Below, one piece after another: positions 1-11,008 of a stretch of 64,000 nucleotides of DNA. The DNA lies in the NCBI GenBank assembly GCA_965205975.1, contig OZ242195.1, forward strand, positions 64,001 to 128,000. Reading direction: 5' to 3'. Both the position numbers and the translations under genes were made by a program. Below the pieces are notes generated by a model. It did no database searches, was not told the origin of the DNA, and worked only from the letters and a program-made list of their open reading frames with translations. The number at the start of each line of letters is the position of its first letter. Positions within the stretch are counted from its first letter, which is position 1. This stretch comes from Candidatus Latescibacterota bacterium (GTDB taxonomy: Bacteria > Latescibacterota > UBA2968).

Positions 1-422
1 ACGAGGCTGTCGGTGTCGAGATCGGTGGTTGACAGTACGCCTTTCATTGCGCCTTGACGGCGGATGTGTCGTACGAGGGCGCGGGTGTCAATGCCTTCAA
101 TGCCAGGTATGTTGTGTTCTTTTAGAAAGTCGCCGAGGGCAATGGTCGATCGCCAGTTGCTGGGGTATGGACAGTATTCTTTGACCACAAAGCCTGAGAC
201 CTGGGGTTTGTGCGATTCAAAGTCGGATGGATTGATGCCGTAGTTGCCAATGAGTGGATAGGTCATGGTTACGATCTGGCTGTTATAAGACGGGTCTGTG
301 AGGATTTCCTGATATCCCGTCATGCTGGTGTTGAAGACGACTTCCCCTTCGCATTCGACTTCTGCGCCAAAGGATTTGCCTTTGAAAATTGTGCCGTCTT
401 CCAATGCGAGAATCGCTTCCAT
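1..422 (-). CDS. carA: Carbamoyl-phosphate synthase small subunit (5' part; runs off window start)
   Basis: Manual translation from ATG at 422: [15 protein letters not shown]...[21 protein letters not shown]...TYPLIGNYG...[12 protein letters not shown]; lies directly downstream of pyrC. Confidence 0.95.
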   Translation of the reverse strand, partial: MEAILALEDGTIFKGKSFGAEVECEGEVVFNTSMTGYQEILTDPSYNSQIVTMTYPLIGNYGINPSDFESHKPQVSGFVVKEYCPYPSNWRSTIALGDFLKEHNIPGIEGIDTRALVRHIRRQGAMKGVLSTTDLDTDSL

Positions 423-435
423 GAATGTCTTTCCT

Positions 436-1707
436 TTATTGTTTGTACGTCACTCGACCACCCAGTATTGTCATTGTAGCCCGGCCTTTTAATGACCATC
501 CGTGAAAGGGCGTGTTGCGCGATTTGGATTTGAACTGATTGGCATCTACAATCCATTTGAGATCGGGATTGATGACTGTGATGTCGGCGGGTTTGCCGAG
601 GGAGAGACTGCCGCCTTCGATGCCGAGGATGCGCGCGGGTTCTATGGTGAGTTTGGCAATTGTATCTGAGAGGGGGAGCAGGTTGGTGTGGACGAGTTTG
701 GTGAAGATGACACCGACAGCGGTTTCGAGGCCGAGTATGCCATTGGGTGCGTTGATAAATGCATCCAATTTTTCTTTTATTGTATGTGGCGCGTGGTCTG
801 TGGCGAGTGCGTCAATGGTGCCGTCCTGTAAGCCAGCGATTATGGCTTCTCGGTCTTCGCTGGAACGCAGTGGCGGACTCATTTTGCCCGCCGTGCCGAG
901 TACGCGCACGTCTTCATCGGTCAATGCAATGTGATGGGGCGAGGCTTCGCAGGTGACGGGCAGGCCCTCTGCTTTGGCTTTTCGCACGAGTTCGGCAGCG
1001 CGTTTGACGCTGAGATGCAGGATGTGGAGACGCCCTCGAGTTTGGCGCACGAGTTCGATGTCGCGCGCGTTCATGGCGGCTTCGCCTTCGGCGGGCATGC
1101 CTTTCAGGCCGAGTTCTCGGGAGACCACGCCTTCGTGCATGTGTCCGCCGCGCGTGAGTTCAAAGACTTCGGAGTGGGGATAAACCGCAAAATCGTTGGC
1201 GGCGGCGCGCTCCAAAAGTTGGCGCATCAAGGCTTCGGATTCTATGGGGAGGCCGTCGTCGGAAAATCCAACAGCACCTGCTTTGAGCAGGGCATCGGTA
1301 TCGGTGAGTTTTTCGCCCTGCATTTTTTCGGTTGCACAGGCAATGGGATATACGCGGGCATCTGCCGATTTTGCCTGTTGGGCGATGTATTGGACAATTT
1401 CTGGGCTGTCCATCGGCGGTTCTGTATTGGGCAAACAGGCTACAGATGTGAAGCCTCCGGCGGCAGCGGCTTCACATCCGGTTTTGATGGTTTCTTTTTC
1501 TGGAAAACCCGGATCGCGCAGGTGGACGTGCATATCAATGAGACCGGGTACGACGATTTGGCCTGAGATATCAATGGCTTTGGCACTTGCGGCGATATGC
1601 GGTTCAATACGCGCGATGCGACCGCGCTGGATGAGCAGGTCGGCTATCTCATCACGATTGTTGGCCGGGTCGAGGATGCGACCGTTTTTGAGCAGGAGAT
1701 CGGACAT
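436..1707 (-). CDS. pyrC: Dihydroorotase (class I)
   Basis: [42 protein letters not shown] motifs; adjacent to carA. Confidence 0.95.
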   Translation of the reverse strand: MSDLLLKNGRILDPANNRDEIADLLIQRGRIARIEPHIAASAKAIDISGQIVVPGLIDMHVHLRDPGFPEKETIKTGCEAAAAGGFTSVACLPNTEPPMDSPEIVQYIAQQAKSADARVYPIACATEKMQGEKLTDTDALLKAGAVGFSDDGLPIESEALMRQLLERAAANDFAVYPHSEVFELTRGGHMHEGVVSRELGLKGMPAEGEAAMNARDIELVRQTRGRLHILHLSVKRAAELVRKAKAEGLPVTCEASPHHIALTDEDVRVLGTAGKMSPPLRSSEDREAIIAGLQDGTIDALATDHAPHTIKEKLDAFINAPNGILGLETAVGVIFTKLVHTNLLPLSDTIAKLTIEPARILGIEGGSLSLGKPADITVINPDLKWIVDANQFKSKSRNTPFHGWSLKGRATMTILGGRVTYKQ

Positions 1708-1731
1708 TAGAAAGGGTGTAAATATCCTCTC

Positions 1732-3033
1732 TCAATCTGCGAAAACGGATTCGGGTACGCGGTCGCGATAGGCTTCGATGGGCGGTAGATTGCCATCGGC
1801 TTCGGTTTCGAGAGGACGCAGGCCGGTGAGGATTTCGAGGTCGTCGCGGATGTCGGCCTGTGCCAGATAGGCTTCAGAGGCTTCGACTTCACCCAGGTCG
1901 AGCGTGTTGGGGATCCAGAGTACGCGGGCGTCTTCTGGCGCGATGAGTCCAATGGATTCGAGGGCGATGTCGAGAACTTCAGCGTCTGTGTCGCAGTGTA
2001 GCGGAACAGCACCTGCTGAAACGTGTTGTCCGGTGATGACGTTGGTATAGGTGGCGTGATAGTTGATTTTATCGACGAGACGCCGGGTGGTAAATTCAGC
2101 CATGCCGATGCCGGTAGCGTTGCCGTGTGTGGCTTCGGTGAGGTCGCGCACAAAGATGCGCAAGACGCGCGGGGTTTCGTCACCCATTGCGCGGCGGTCA
2201 TTGCGTTTGCGCCCGATGACGTTGGTGTCCATGCCCGAGCCGGAGATATTTTTGCCCATTTCGTCGATGATGAGCAGATCGACATCATCGAAGGGAAGAG
2301 AGGGGCACCATTCTTTGGATTTGGCTTGAAGTACTTTTTCGCGTTCTTCAAAGTCTGCCGCGGGAATGGCTTCGATGAGCGCGGTTTCGTCATAGCCATT
2401 TTCAAGGGTTGCTACGCCAAAGGTGATGGGCATTTCCTCGCGCACGACTTTGCCGACCAAGCGTACGATTTTATCAAAGGAATGGTGGATGATCGCGCGG
2501 TGATACACCGAGGCGCCTTTGTGTTTGCCCAGGCCAATGAGCATCATTTTCATCAGCCCGCTTTCAATTTCACCGGCAAATCCCGTATGCGGTTTGACGC
2601 GGTTGACCACAATGACGTGATCGGCTTCGGATGCGTGTTTGTCAAAGTAGATGGGCATGCCAAAATCCGATACGCCGATCTGGACGACATCCATCGACGA
2701 TTTGATTGGGCAACCCATTGTGCCTTCGGTGATGCCATATCCGGCCAGGACCTGGATTTGTCCCTCGGCTGTGCCCCCGCCGTGCGATCCCATTGCGGGT
2801 ACGATGTAGGGAACGGCACCAATGGCTTTCATTTCTTCGACGATGGTTTTGATGATGATGTCGATGTTGGCGACGCCACGGCTGCCCGCGGTTATGGCGA
2901 CGGTTTGACCGGGTTTGATGACAGAACTGGGATTGATCCTGGCGATTTCATCGCGCACAGTACCGGCGATGTCATCGACGCGAGGGGCGTCGAAGTGCTG
3001 GCGAATGCGGAACATTTGTGGGTAAGTCGGCAT
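1732..3033 (-). CDS. LarA/DUF2088-like (lactate racemase domain) protein
   Basis: GSRGV, PAMGSHGG, NRVKPHT, IGLGKH, GKNISGSGMDTNVIGR motifs typical of this family. Confidence 0.75.
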   Translation of the reverse strand: MPTYPQMFRIRQHFDAPRVDDIAGTVRDEIARINPSSVIKPGQTVAITAGSRGVANIDIIIKTIVEEMKAIGAVPYIVPAMGSHGGGTAEGQIQVLAGYGITEGTMGCPIKSSMDVVQIGVSDFGMPIYFDKHASEADHVIVVNRVKPHTGFAGEIESGLMKMMLIGLGKHKGASVYHRAIIHHSFDKIVRLVGKVVREEMPITFGVATLENGYDETALIEAIPAADFEEREKVLQAKSKEWCPSLPFDDVDLLIIDEMGKNISGSGMDTNVIGRKRNDRRAMGDETPRVLRIFVRDLTEATHGNATGIGMAEFTTRRLVDKINYHATYTNVITGQHVSAGAVPLHCDTDAEVLDIALESIGLIAPEDARVLWIPNTLDLGEVEASEAYLAQADIRDDLEILTGLRPLETEADGNLPPIEAYRDRVPESVFAD

Positions 3034-3060
3034 GGTGTATCCTCCTGTTGTGATTTGCTA

Positions 3061-4227
3061 TCACATGGATTCTTCGTAAAGGGCGATTACGTCTTTTATC
3101 GTTGTTTTGCGCGGGTTGACCTGGATATTGCCGCTTTTCATCGCGTCTTCGGCCATGACATGGATGCCTTCGGCTTTTGCACCGGCTTCGCCCAATGTGG
3201 CGGGAATGCCTACGTCTTCGGATAGATTTTGTACGGCTTCAACGGCGAGAACAGATGCGTCAACAGTGCTCAGTCCATCTACATCTTCACCCATGGCGGC
3301 GGCGATGTCGGCGAATTTCTCCGGGCAGGCATAGCGATTGTAGGTCATGATGCGGGTGAGCAAGATCGAGTTGGCAATCCCGTGTGGCACGCCGTAGTGA
3401 CCGCCGACTGGATGTGACATGGCATGTACGTTTCCCAGGCGCGTTTGTGAGAATGCGAACCCGGCCATGGTGCTGCCGATGATCATGTTTTGCGTGGCCT
3501 CGTGATTGTGGTCGCTGTACGCGGCTTGTCGCAAATTTTGAGAGATGAGGCGGATGGCGTGCAGGGCCATGCCTTCAGAGATGGGGTTGGACATTAGAGA
3601 CACATAGGATTCAATGGCGTGTGTCAATGCATCCATTCCGGTCGCTGCAGCAATGGGCAGTGGCAATGCGACGGCCATATCGGCATCGAGAATGCCCACA
3701 TCGGGAATGACATAGGGACCTGCGACGGTGCCTTTGAAATGGTTGTCGTCGGTAATGACGGCAAAGGGCGTGACTTCACTGGCTGTGCCATAGGTGGTGG
3801 GGACGCACAGGAGAAAGGGGATGGGACCGGGAACGGGTTTTTCGCCGATAAAATAATCGGTGATTTTTCCCCCGTGATTGACGAGTACGCCCGAGGTTTT
3901 TGCCACGTCCATTGAGGATCCCCCGCCAATGGCGAGCAGGAAGTCGCAATTTTCCGACTGGTATTGTGCGGCACATTCCTCGACATTGCGAATGGGGGGG
4001 TTGGGTTCAACGCCGTCGTAAATGGTGTAGGAGAGGTGCGCTTTGTCGAGTATTTCTGTAACGCGCGCGACAACGCCAGCCTGGACGAGGCCCCTGTCGG
4101 TGACGATTTGTGCCTTTTTTATCTGCTGTTCGTTCAAAATTTGGGGGATGTTGCCAATAGTCCCTCGCCCCATGATGAGGCGCGTGGGACCGTAATAACT
4201 AAAGTGATCTTGAAACGCCACGAGCAA
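3061..4227 (-). CDS. Iron-containing (class III) alcohol dehydrogenase
   Basis: GGGSSMDVAK, VPTTYGTASE, GMDALTHAIESY, HAMSH, HGIANS. Confidence 0.93.
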   Translation of the reverse strand: MLVAFQDHFSYYGPTRLIMGRGTIGNIPQILNEQQIKKAQIVTDRGLVQAGVVARVTEILDKAHLSYTIYDGVEPNPPIRNVEECAAQYQSENCDFLLAIGGGSSMDVAKTSGVLVNHGGKITDYFIGEKPVPGPIPFLLCVPTTYGTASEVTPFAVITDDNHFKGTVAGPYVIPDVGILDADMAVALPLPIAAATGMDALTHAIESYVSLMSNPISEGMALHAIRLISQNLRQAAYSDHNHEATQNMIIGSTMAGFAFSQTRLGNVHAMSHPVGGHYGVPHGIANSILLTRIMTYNRYACPEKFADIAAAMGEDVDGLSTVDASVLAVEAVQNLSEDVGIPATLGEAGAKAEGIHVMAEDAMKSGNIQVNPRKTTIKDVIALYEESM

Positions 4228-4325
4228 ACTCCTGTGTGATTTTTATTCTTCCGATAGTAGCTAAAAAAAGAAAATGGTTTTTGATGGTGTTGTCAATGAC
4301 ATAAAAACACACCCGTGGCGTTGGT

Positions 4326-7300
4326 TTAGAACGATGTGCCGAGGCGGACATAGTAGCCGACGCCCTCTGGATCGGTGAATCGGTATGCTACGCCGAGGCG
4401 ATAGCGGATTGCCGAATAGAGGACGTAATAGTCGATGATAATCTCGGTGCCAGCCGAGAGGAGTGGGCGTGACTGCGATGTGTCGCGTCCCCAGGTGTTG
4501 GCGGCGTCGGCGAAGAATGTCCAGAAGATGCGGTTGTAGTGTATCGGCCACGCCCGCAAGCCGCGATTCTCCAATGCGAGGGGGGCGCGGTATTCCAGGG
4601 ATGCGGACCAGGCGTGCTGTCCCGACCGCGTAGATGTATCGTATCCTCGTGCCGGGAAAGTGATCGACTCAGCGCCTCCGAGGTCGAAGTAGGCGTTATC
4701 GCTGCCCGGACCTCGAGATGCGCCAGCACTCGCGCGCAGTGCCAGCACGGGTGCTGCAAATTGGCGTCCTGGAAACCAGAGAGGCAGTCGCGCATAGGTC
4801 CTGACAGTGCCTCTGATGTCATCGACTGAGTGGTCATTTGAGGCGCGGGAGAGGTCGTGGCGTCGCCTGATGCGAACGGAGAACGATGTGCCGGTCGCCT
4901 GTCCCATCTGAAAGGCGGATGAGCGCGCATTGGTGGCAGAGAAACGCACCGATAGTTCGCCCAAGGTGCTGCGCGGATCGTCGAGTCGGAACCGATGGGT
5001 TTTTCGTAGCGCGGAGTCCAGTACTTCTCGATACTCTCGCACGAGTCCGCCGGAGACTGTGAATGAGACACTGCTTCGCGCCTTTGGCTTTACCAGCGTC
5101 ATTGATCCTGAGGCGCGGCGTTCCCGCTCGAGGACGAAGAAGGTTTCGGTTGGAGCATCGGTACTCTCCCGGTATAATCTGGCACTGTCTTCGTCCCAGT
5201 CCTGCGATAGCGATAAACCGAGCGATGGGTTCCCCAGGCCGCGGTACTGGTACGACAGATTGCCTGCTACTCTTTCGTCAGAATACGATCTAACTGGCAG
5301 GAAGATGCGGGCACCAACGGTGTATGCGTGACGGCGCACGAGATCGATCCCTGATGTGCGAGCGCCGATGGATGTACCGAGTACTTCAGTGCGGGGTATT
5401 TCCGTTTCTTCCTTACGATGGGCAGGTACTGCTATGGGGTAATTCCAGATGGGTTCCCAGTAGTAGGGGCGCAGGGTCGCAAGCGGCGAGTAGGCGCGTA
5501 CCTGTCCCTCAGCGCGTCCGCGTGATCTGTTGGCGACCTCGGTAACGGTGTGTGTCGAGTCCGTGCGAGGCGCGGGCGGCGCGGTTGTGGGATTGAATGG
5601 AATCCGTTCGATTTCCCAGCCATCGACGTGGTAAGCCGAGAAGTAGAGCCAGCGACCCGACGGATCGACGCTGGGATACGCCGCCCCTGTGCGGAGATTG
5701 GTTAGCATGACGGGGGGCGAGACTTGCCCGTTATCGACTTTTGCCGCGAGTACATTCGAAATGCCGCTGCGGTCAGATGCCCAGACCAGCCACTGCCCGT
5801 TGGTACTCCAGGAAGGGGCGAAGTCGAGGGCGCGGTCATGGGTTACTTCGCAGACGAGTTTGCCGTGTGCATCGAGGAGGACGATGTCGTGGTGCCCTCG
5901 GGTCCAGCGGGTCGCCGCAATCCATTGTCCATTGGGTGAGATTGCCGGGTACGCCCAGTGGATATCCGGGTTGGGAGGGACCAGCGTCTCAATGGCGCCG
6001 TTGCTGAGATTGACCCGCGCCAGCCCGCTGGTTCCCCCTCCTTCGGCGATAGCGACTGCCCAGCCTGCGGGGCCAACTGATGGGGAGGTTAAGCGGCCGC
6101 GAGTTGTTATCCGTCGTACATCACTGCTCGGCGTTACGCGGTAGAGATCTCTAAATCTGCGATAGCGACCAGCAAATTCATATTGCGCGAATACGATGTC
6201 GCCATCGGGGATGAAGGCAAATGTGGTGCTGCCGTTGGTCAGGGTTACGGTCGATTCACCACTGCCATCTAATCTGGTAGATACCAGTTTGGCATCTGAT
6301 CGTCCATCTGATCGGATGTAGTACAGTGTTTTGCCATCGGGCGATACTTTCGGGTGGTATGCATAGCGGGCACCGCGGGTTATCGCCTGTGGCTCGGTGA
6401 TTGCACCGAATCTGGCGAGGTGGGTGTCCAGTTTTGCCGCCGCCACCCGCTGTGTATCTGCCCACGCTTTCCACTCACTCGTCAAGGTGGTGCCAAAGGC
6501 GCTGCGACCAGCAGCATCGAGGCGGTAGGGGATCCACTGTTTTTCCACTGCTTTGACGAAGGCTATCATGCGGTCGCGCCCGTATTTTTGTATCAGGTGT
6601 TCGAAGAAGAGCGATCCGTAAGCATAAGCACGGGTGCCCCCCGGCCACTGGGGCGAGTTGCCGCTTGTCTGGTCGATGGACTCGAACCTCCCTTCGAGAG
6701 CTGCTGTTCGCAGTACCATTCTGTGGAATGTTCCATGAAGGCGCCCGGTGCCAGTCAGTGCGGATTCGTACCAGACGGCAATGCCTTCACGCACCCACCG
6801 TGGGGTAGCGCGTGCGGGGATTGTAAAAGCCGGGACTGGCAGGCGTTCGACTGGAGAAAATGAGATGTAGGGGGACGGTACGCGTCCAAATGGTTTGTGC
6901 AACAAGCTATAGCGGCCCGGGCGATCAATGTGGAATATGTGCGTCAGTTCGTGTACGATGACGTTTTCCAGCCGATCGTTGTAATAAGCACGTCCGAAAG
7001 AGTCAATCGGTGGGCGGGCGTAGATGGTGATTCGGTTTGAGGGACGCACACTCGCGTATCCATTCGAGACGTCGATGTGATCGGTTAGTACAAGATCGAT
7101 TATTCCGCGGGGCGCAGCGATGAATTGTTCGGATAACCGGGCGTGCGCCCATTCTGCGCGTTCCGCTGCCCTGCGTCCCAGGTCTTCGAGATGTGCGGGA
7201 AACGTGACGCGAAAGTGTTCTGTATCGAGTGTTCGCCACGATTCGTTTGGTGCAATGCGTTGCGCCGATGCAGACGCCGTGCATAAGGCGATGACGGCGA

Positions 7301-7331
7301 GTACGATCTTTATTCCTGCACCCATCCTCAA
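4326..7331 (-). CDS. Secreted/outer-membrane protein: N-terminal zincin-like domain, PD40/TolB-like beta-propeller, C-terminal Omp85-like barrel
   Basis: Signal peptide; HELTH plus WVREGIA; repeated P-x-x-SPDG-type motifs; C-terminal amphipathic strands ending VRLGTSF. Confidence 0.75.
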   Translation of the reverse strand: MRMGAGIKIVLAVIALCTASASAQRIAPNESWRTLDTEHFRVTFPAHLEDLGRRAAERAEWAHARLSEQFIAAPRGIIDLVLTDHIDVSNGYASVRPSNRITIYARPPIDSFGRAYYNDRLENVIVHELTHIFHIDRPGRYSLLHKPFGRVPSPYISFSPVERLPVPAFTIPARATPRWVREGIAVWYESALTGTGRLHGTFHRMVLRTAALEGRFESIDQTSGNSPQWPGGTRAYAYGSLFFEHLIQKYGRDRMIAFVKAVEKQWIPYRLDAAGRSAFGTTLTSEWKAWADTQRVAAAKLDTHLARFGAITEPQAITRGARYAYHPKVSPDGKTLYYIRSDGRSDAKLVSTRLDGSGESTVTLTNGSTTFAFIPDGDIVFAQYEFAGRYRRFRDLYRVTPSSDVRRITTRGRLTSPSVGPAGWAVAIAEGGGTSGLARVNLSNGAIETLVPPNPDIHWAYPAISPNGQWIAATRWTRGHHDIVLLDAHGKLVCEVTHDRALDFAPSWSTNGQWLVWASDRSGISNVLAAKVDNGQVSPPVMLTNLRTGAAYPSVDPSGRWLYFSAYHVDGWEIERIPFNPTTAPPAPRTDSTHTVTEVANRSRGRAEGQVRAYSPLATLRPYYWEPIWNYPIAVPAHRKEETEIPRTEVLGTSIGARTSGIDLVRRHAYTVGARIFLPVRSYSDERVAGNLSYQYRGLGNPSLGLSLSQDWDEDSARLYRESTDAPTETFFVLERERRASGSMTLVKPKARSSVSFTVSGGLVREYREVLDSALRKTHRFRLDDPRSTLGELSVRFSATNARSSAFQMGQATGTSFSVRIRRRHDLSRASNDHSVDDIRGTVRTYARLPLWFPGRQFAAPVLALRASAGASRGPGSDNAYFDLGGAESITFPARGYDTSTRSGQHAWSASLEYRAPLALENRGLRAWPIHYNRIFWTFFADAANTWGRDTSQSRPLLSAGTEIIIDYYVLYSAIRYRLGVAYRFTDPEGVGYYVRLGTSF

Positions 7332-7338
7332 TCTCTTA

Positions 7339-9327
7339 TTAAAAATTGTGGAAACCGTGTCCCGAGCCTGGGAACCAGATGAGGTCTATGACCATTCCGA
7401 CGCCAATGCCGGTGCAATAGCCAATTACTGTGCCGTAGAAAAAGGGTTTTGCGCGTTCGTAGAGGCGGGGGCCGCCAAAATGGACGATGAGGAGTTTGGC
7501 CGCCCAGACCATGAGTATGCTCAGGGCGTAATAGCGCGGTCCCGTTGTGTATTGAAATGCGAGGCCGAGGGGATGCAGCGGCCAGCGGGGAAACCATGTG
7601 CGCAGGCCCGCCAATAATGCGGCTATTCCTGCGCCCAGAAGCCAGATGCTGAGTTTTTGAAGGTCGAAAGATGTTTTTTCGGTTTCGCCCAACGCGCGTC
7701 CAATTCCGCCAAAAATACCCAGTGGGCCTTCCCAGAGGGTCCAGGAACGCAGGAAGAGCGCGGAGTCGCGATAACAATAGTAGATGATGGTGGCGGCACA
7801 GACAAAGAAGCCCATGGTGAATGCGAGAAAGACGACGCTATTCGTCCAGTGTTTGCCTCGTTCTGCGGGCACGTCGTCCATGGCTTTGAAGTGGTGGGGC
7901 AATACCTGCATGGTTTGAATGCGTCCGCCGCCGTAGAATACGCCGCTGTTGACGAGGTGCATTGCGGTCATTTCGCGGGTCGATAGGGTGGCTGTGCCGA
8001 GAATGGAGTTGACAAAGCCCGATCCTTTGATCCACACGGGGAAGAGATATCCAAATCCGCTGGCGGCAATGAATTTGGAGGTTGCAAAATACGCGATGAA
8101 CATCAATAGCAGATGGACAACTGCAAGGGATAGCGACATGCCCAGGGATATGAAAAAGCTACAGAGATATAGCACGGAAATGATCAGGCCGATAACGGCG
8201 AAGCGATAGGAAATGGGGCCATCGCCGCGTTCGCCGTTTAAGGCGGTTTTTGCGACATGTATCAGATGCCGTCGCGCGATCCATACAGACCAGACGACGA
8301 GTACGGTCATTGCACCGTGGCTTTCCAGGTTGATGATTTCTCCGCCTTTGGCAACTTGTCCTTCTAACCCGACTGTGAAACCCGTGCGGTTGATGACGCC
8401 CATTTTGACCACGGCGAAGAGGCCAAAGAACCAGAAGCTGAACAGAAGATCCAGGCTACACAAATATCCGAGGCCAATGACCAGGGGTAAGACGCGCAAA
8501 TAGACGGGCGGAAAGCTCTGTGCAACGGTCATGGATTTGGTGTTGATGCTGTCAAAGAGGGTGATGCGGGGTACGTTGGGGAACCAGAAGTTGATGATGT
8601 TCCATCCAATGATGCCCGCAGTCCAGGCAAAGCCGGCCCAGAAGACGGGGTCTCGGAAAATTTTGGGCAGTGCGCGGCCTTCGCCAAAGCCTTCCATGAG
8701 GTCCATGGGGAAATTGACGAGTGGGTAGGTTAAGCGTTCGGCATCGGCCCATTGGCGATGAAAAATGGCGATGACAAAAAATCCGGCGGCCATGAAGGCG
8801 AAGACGCCAGAGAACCACCATAAGACGGAGGGCAGCCAGCCTGTCCAGGGAACGTATTCGCCCGTGTGCAGGCCAAAGTAGAAGCGGTCCATGATCCAGG
8901 GCGTGGGTTCGGGAAATGCCCAGTGGGGTAGTTCGTCTAAGAACAACTCTGCCCAGCGATTTTCTGGCGATGCAAAAAAATGGGGGGCGGGCAATGCGCC
9001 GATAAAGTATCCCATCCAGCCGACGCCGGGCATCATGCCCACGATCCACATGGTGGCAAAGATGACCATCATTTCATGGCGTGAGAGTACAGATTTGGGC
9101 GAGAATCGGGCGATGAACATGTTGATCACGACCCAGATGAGGAATCCCATGATGAGTGCGACGGGAAAACTGGATTTGACCATCGATCCCGCGTGGAGTA
9201 CGATTTCGAGGACATTTTGAGAATAGGCCATCAGGCCAGCGGTGAGCAAGCCAAGGAGGATGGATCGCCCGGTGATGCGCGGGGATTCGGTCGGTTGAAT
9301 TTGAGGATCGGGTTGTGAAATAGCCAT
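7339..9327 (-). CDS. Polytopic membrane protein, DUF6785/DUF6784 (OPT-like putative transporter)
   Basis: Many TM segments; FASPENRW, RQWADAERLTYPL, WPLHPLG, YERAKPFFYG motifs. Confidence 0.7.
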   Translation of the reverse strand: MAISQPDPQIQPTESPRITGRSILLGLLTAGLMAYSQNVLEIVLHAGSMVKSSFPVALIMGFLIWVVINMFIARFSPKSVLSRHEMMVIFATMWIVGMMPGVGWMGYFIGALPAPHFFASPENRWAELFLDELPHWAFPEPTPWIMDRFYFGLHTGEYVPWTGWLPSVLWWFSGVFAFMAAGFFVIAIFHRQWADAERLTYPLVNFPMDLMEGFGEGRALPKIFRDPVFWAGFAWTAGIIGWNIINFWFPNVPRITLFDSINTKSMTVAQSFPPVYLRVLPLVIGLGYLCSLDLLFSFWFFGLFAVVKMGVINRTGFTVGLEGQVAKGGEIINLESHGAMTVLVVWSVWIARRHLIHVAKTALNGERGDGPISYRFAVIGLIISVLYLCSFFISLGMSLSLAVVHLLLMFIAYFATSKFIAASGFGYLFPVWIKGSGFVNSILGTATLSTREMTAMHLVNSGVFYGGGRIQTMQVLPHHFKAMDDVPAERGKHWTNSVVFLAFTMGFFVCAATIIYYCYRDSALFLRSWTLWEGPLGIFGGIGRALGETEKTSFDLQKLSIWLLGAGIAALLAGLRTWFPRWPLHPLGLAFQYTTGPRYYALSILMVWAAKLLIVHFGGPRLYERAKPFFYGTVIGYCTGIGVGMVIDLIWFPGSGHGFHNF

Positions 9328-9433
9328 TTTTTACTCCGTATTTAGAATGCGCGTTAATATACGATGCCTGAACATAGGTGTCAAACGCATGGGGTTGTGT
9401 TTGTCTATTTGTGATATTGGGGTTATTATGGGA

Positions 9434-9498
9434 GGGGCTGGGGGTTGGGAACTGGGGGCTGAGGATTTCACACTTCATACTTCACACTCCACACTTTC
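9434..9498. repeat. Two adjacent degenerate heptamer tandem arrays, (GGGGCTG)n then (CTTCACA)n
   Basis: ggggctg ggggttg ggaactg ggggctg ... tttcaca cttcata cttcaca ctccaca. Confidence 0.7.
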
Positions 9499-9500
9499 TT

Positions 9501-9755
9501 ATGGCACGCAAAGATATTCGAACCATTTCGATTTTTTGTGCGAAATGTAAATCACTTCTGTACAAATACCGCAAGGGTGGGCGAGGCGGATTGGTGAAGT
9601 GCATGGTGGAGCGGATAGCTGAAGATCATACCCGGGGGGATATGAAATGTCCAAAATGCGGGCAGGCGTTTGCGAGGTTCAGGATGTATGGAGGACAGGC
9701 CGCGCACAAAATTATACAGGGAAAGGTTTTTACTAAGGGAATGAGTCGGCGGTAA
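9501..9755 (+). CDS. Small basic zinc-ribbon-like protein (84 aa)
   Basis: ATG at 9501; CAKC...C...CPKC; followed by RBS and next gene. Confidence 0.75.
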   Translation: MARKDIRTISIFCAKCKSLLYKYRKGGRGGLVKCMVERIAEDHTRGDMKCPKCGQAFARFRMYGGQAAHKIIQGKVFTKGMSRR

Positions 9756-9776
9756 TAAAAAAGGAGCGAGAACAAG

Positions 9777-10985
9777 ATGGCTAAATTTGTCGCGAATTAC
9801 GATGAAGACAAGGTGCCCGATTACACATTGCCCGATCCGTTGGTTTTTGAAGATGGGACAAAGGTCGAAGATGCGGCTCTATGGGAAAGACGGCGGGCAG
9901 AGATTTTGTCTTTGTTTGAATCTCAGGTGTATGGTAAGATGCCGGGTGCTACGGCGGACATGCATTTTGAGACGCGGTTTGTGAATGGGGATGCGTTGGA
10001 TGGTATTTGCAAGGAAGTTCGGGTTTATTTTTTGAAGGATGCCAAAGAGCCGCGAATGGATATTTTAATTTTTTTGCCAAAAGACGCTGATGGACCCGTG
10101 CCGTTGTTTGTGGGATTGAATTTTGGGGGGAATCATACCGTTCATGCCGATCCCGAAATCGCGTTGTCCGAGCAGTGGATGCGCTCGAAGACGGAGGGAG
10201 TTTTGGATCATCGGGCGACGGAAGCAGCGCGCGGTAAGGCTGCAAGCAGGTGGCCTGTGGGGAGGATTTTGGCAAGGGGCTACGGTTTGGCTACGATTTA
10301 TTGCGGGGATCTGGATCCGGATTATGACGATGGGTTTCAAAATGGTGTGCATCCGCTTTTTGATAGGCAAAACACCGGGGATGACTGGGGGGCTATTGGC
10401 GCGTGGGCGTGGGGATTGATGAGGGCGATGGATTATTTTAAAAGCGATGAGGCGATTGATCACGCGCGGGTTGCTGTGATGGGGCATTCGCGATTGGGCA
10501 AGACGGCGTTGTGGGCTGGCGCGCAAGACGAACGGTTTGCCCTTGTGATTTCAAATAATTCGGGTTGTGGGGGTGCCGCGCTGTCCCGCCGTCGATATGG
10601 CGAAACTGTGGGGCGGATTAATACCAGTTTTCCACACTGGTTTTGCGATAATTTTAAGCGGTATAATGAGTGCGAGGACGATTTGCCCATTGATCAGCAT
10701 TTGCTCATTGCTCTGATGGCGCCTCGTCCGGTTTATGTTGCCAGTGCAGAAGAAGACCGCTGGGCGGATCCAAAGGGGGAGTTTTTGGGCGCGAAACACG
10801 CCGATGCGGTTTATCGTTTGTTGGGAACAGATGGTCTGGGTGCTGAAAATATGCCGCGTGTTCACGAGCCGATTACGAGCCGAATTGGGTATCATATTCG
10901 CGCAGGTGGGCACGCAGTGACGGATTACGATTGGGATCGGTATATGGATTTTGCCGATAAACACTGGGAAAGGAGTTCGGCCTGA
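9777..10985 (+). CDS. CE15 glucuronoyl esterase-like alpha/beta hydrolase
   Basis: [48 protein letters not shown]. Confidence 0.9.
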   Translation: MAKFVANYDEDKVPDYTLPDPLVFEDGTKVEDAALWERRRAEILSLFESQVYGKMPGATADMHFETRFVNGDALDGICKEVRVYFLKDAKEPRMDILIFLPKDADGPVPLFVGLNFGGNHTVHADPEIALSEQWMRSKTEGVLDHRATEAARGKAASRWPVGRILARGYGLATIYCGDLDPDYDDGFQNGVHPLFDRQNTGDDWGAIGAWAWGLMRAMDYFKSDEAIDHARVAVMGHSRLGKTALWAGAQDERFALVISNNSGCGGAALSRRRYGETVGRINTSFPHWFCDNFKRYNECEDDLPIDQHLLIALMAPRPVYVASAEEDRWADPKGEFLGAKHADAVYRLLGTDGLGAENMPRVHEPITSRIGYHIRAGGHAVTDYDWDRYMDFADKHWERSSA

Positions 10986-11008
10986 AATTGGAACAGAAAG
11001 GAATAGCT

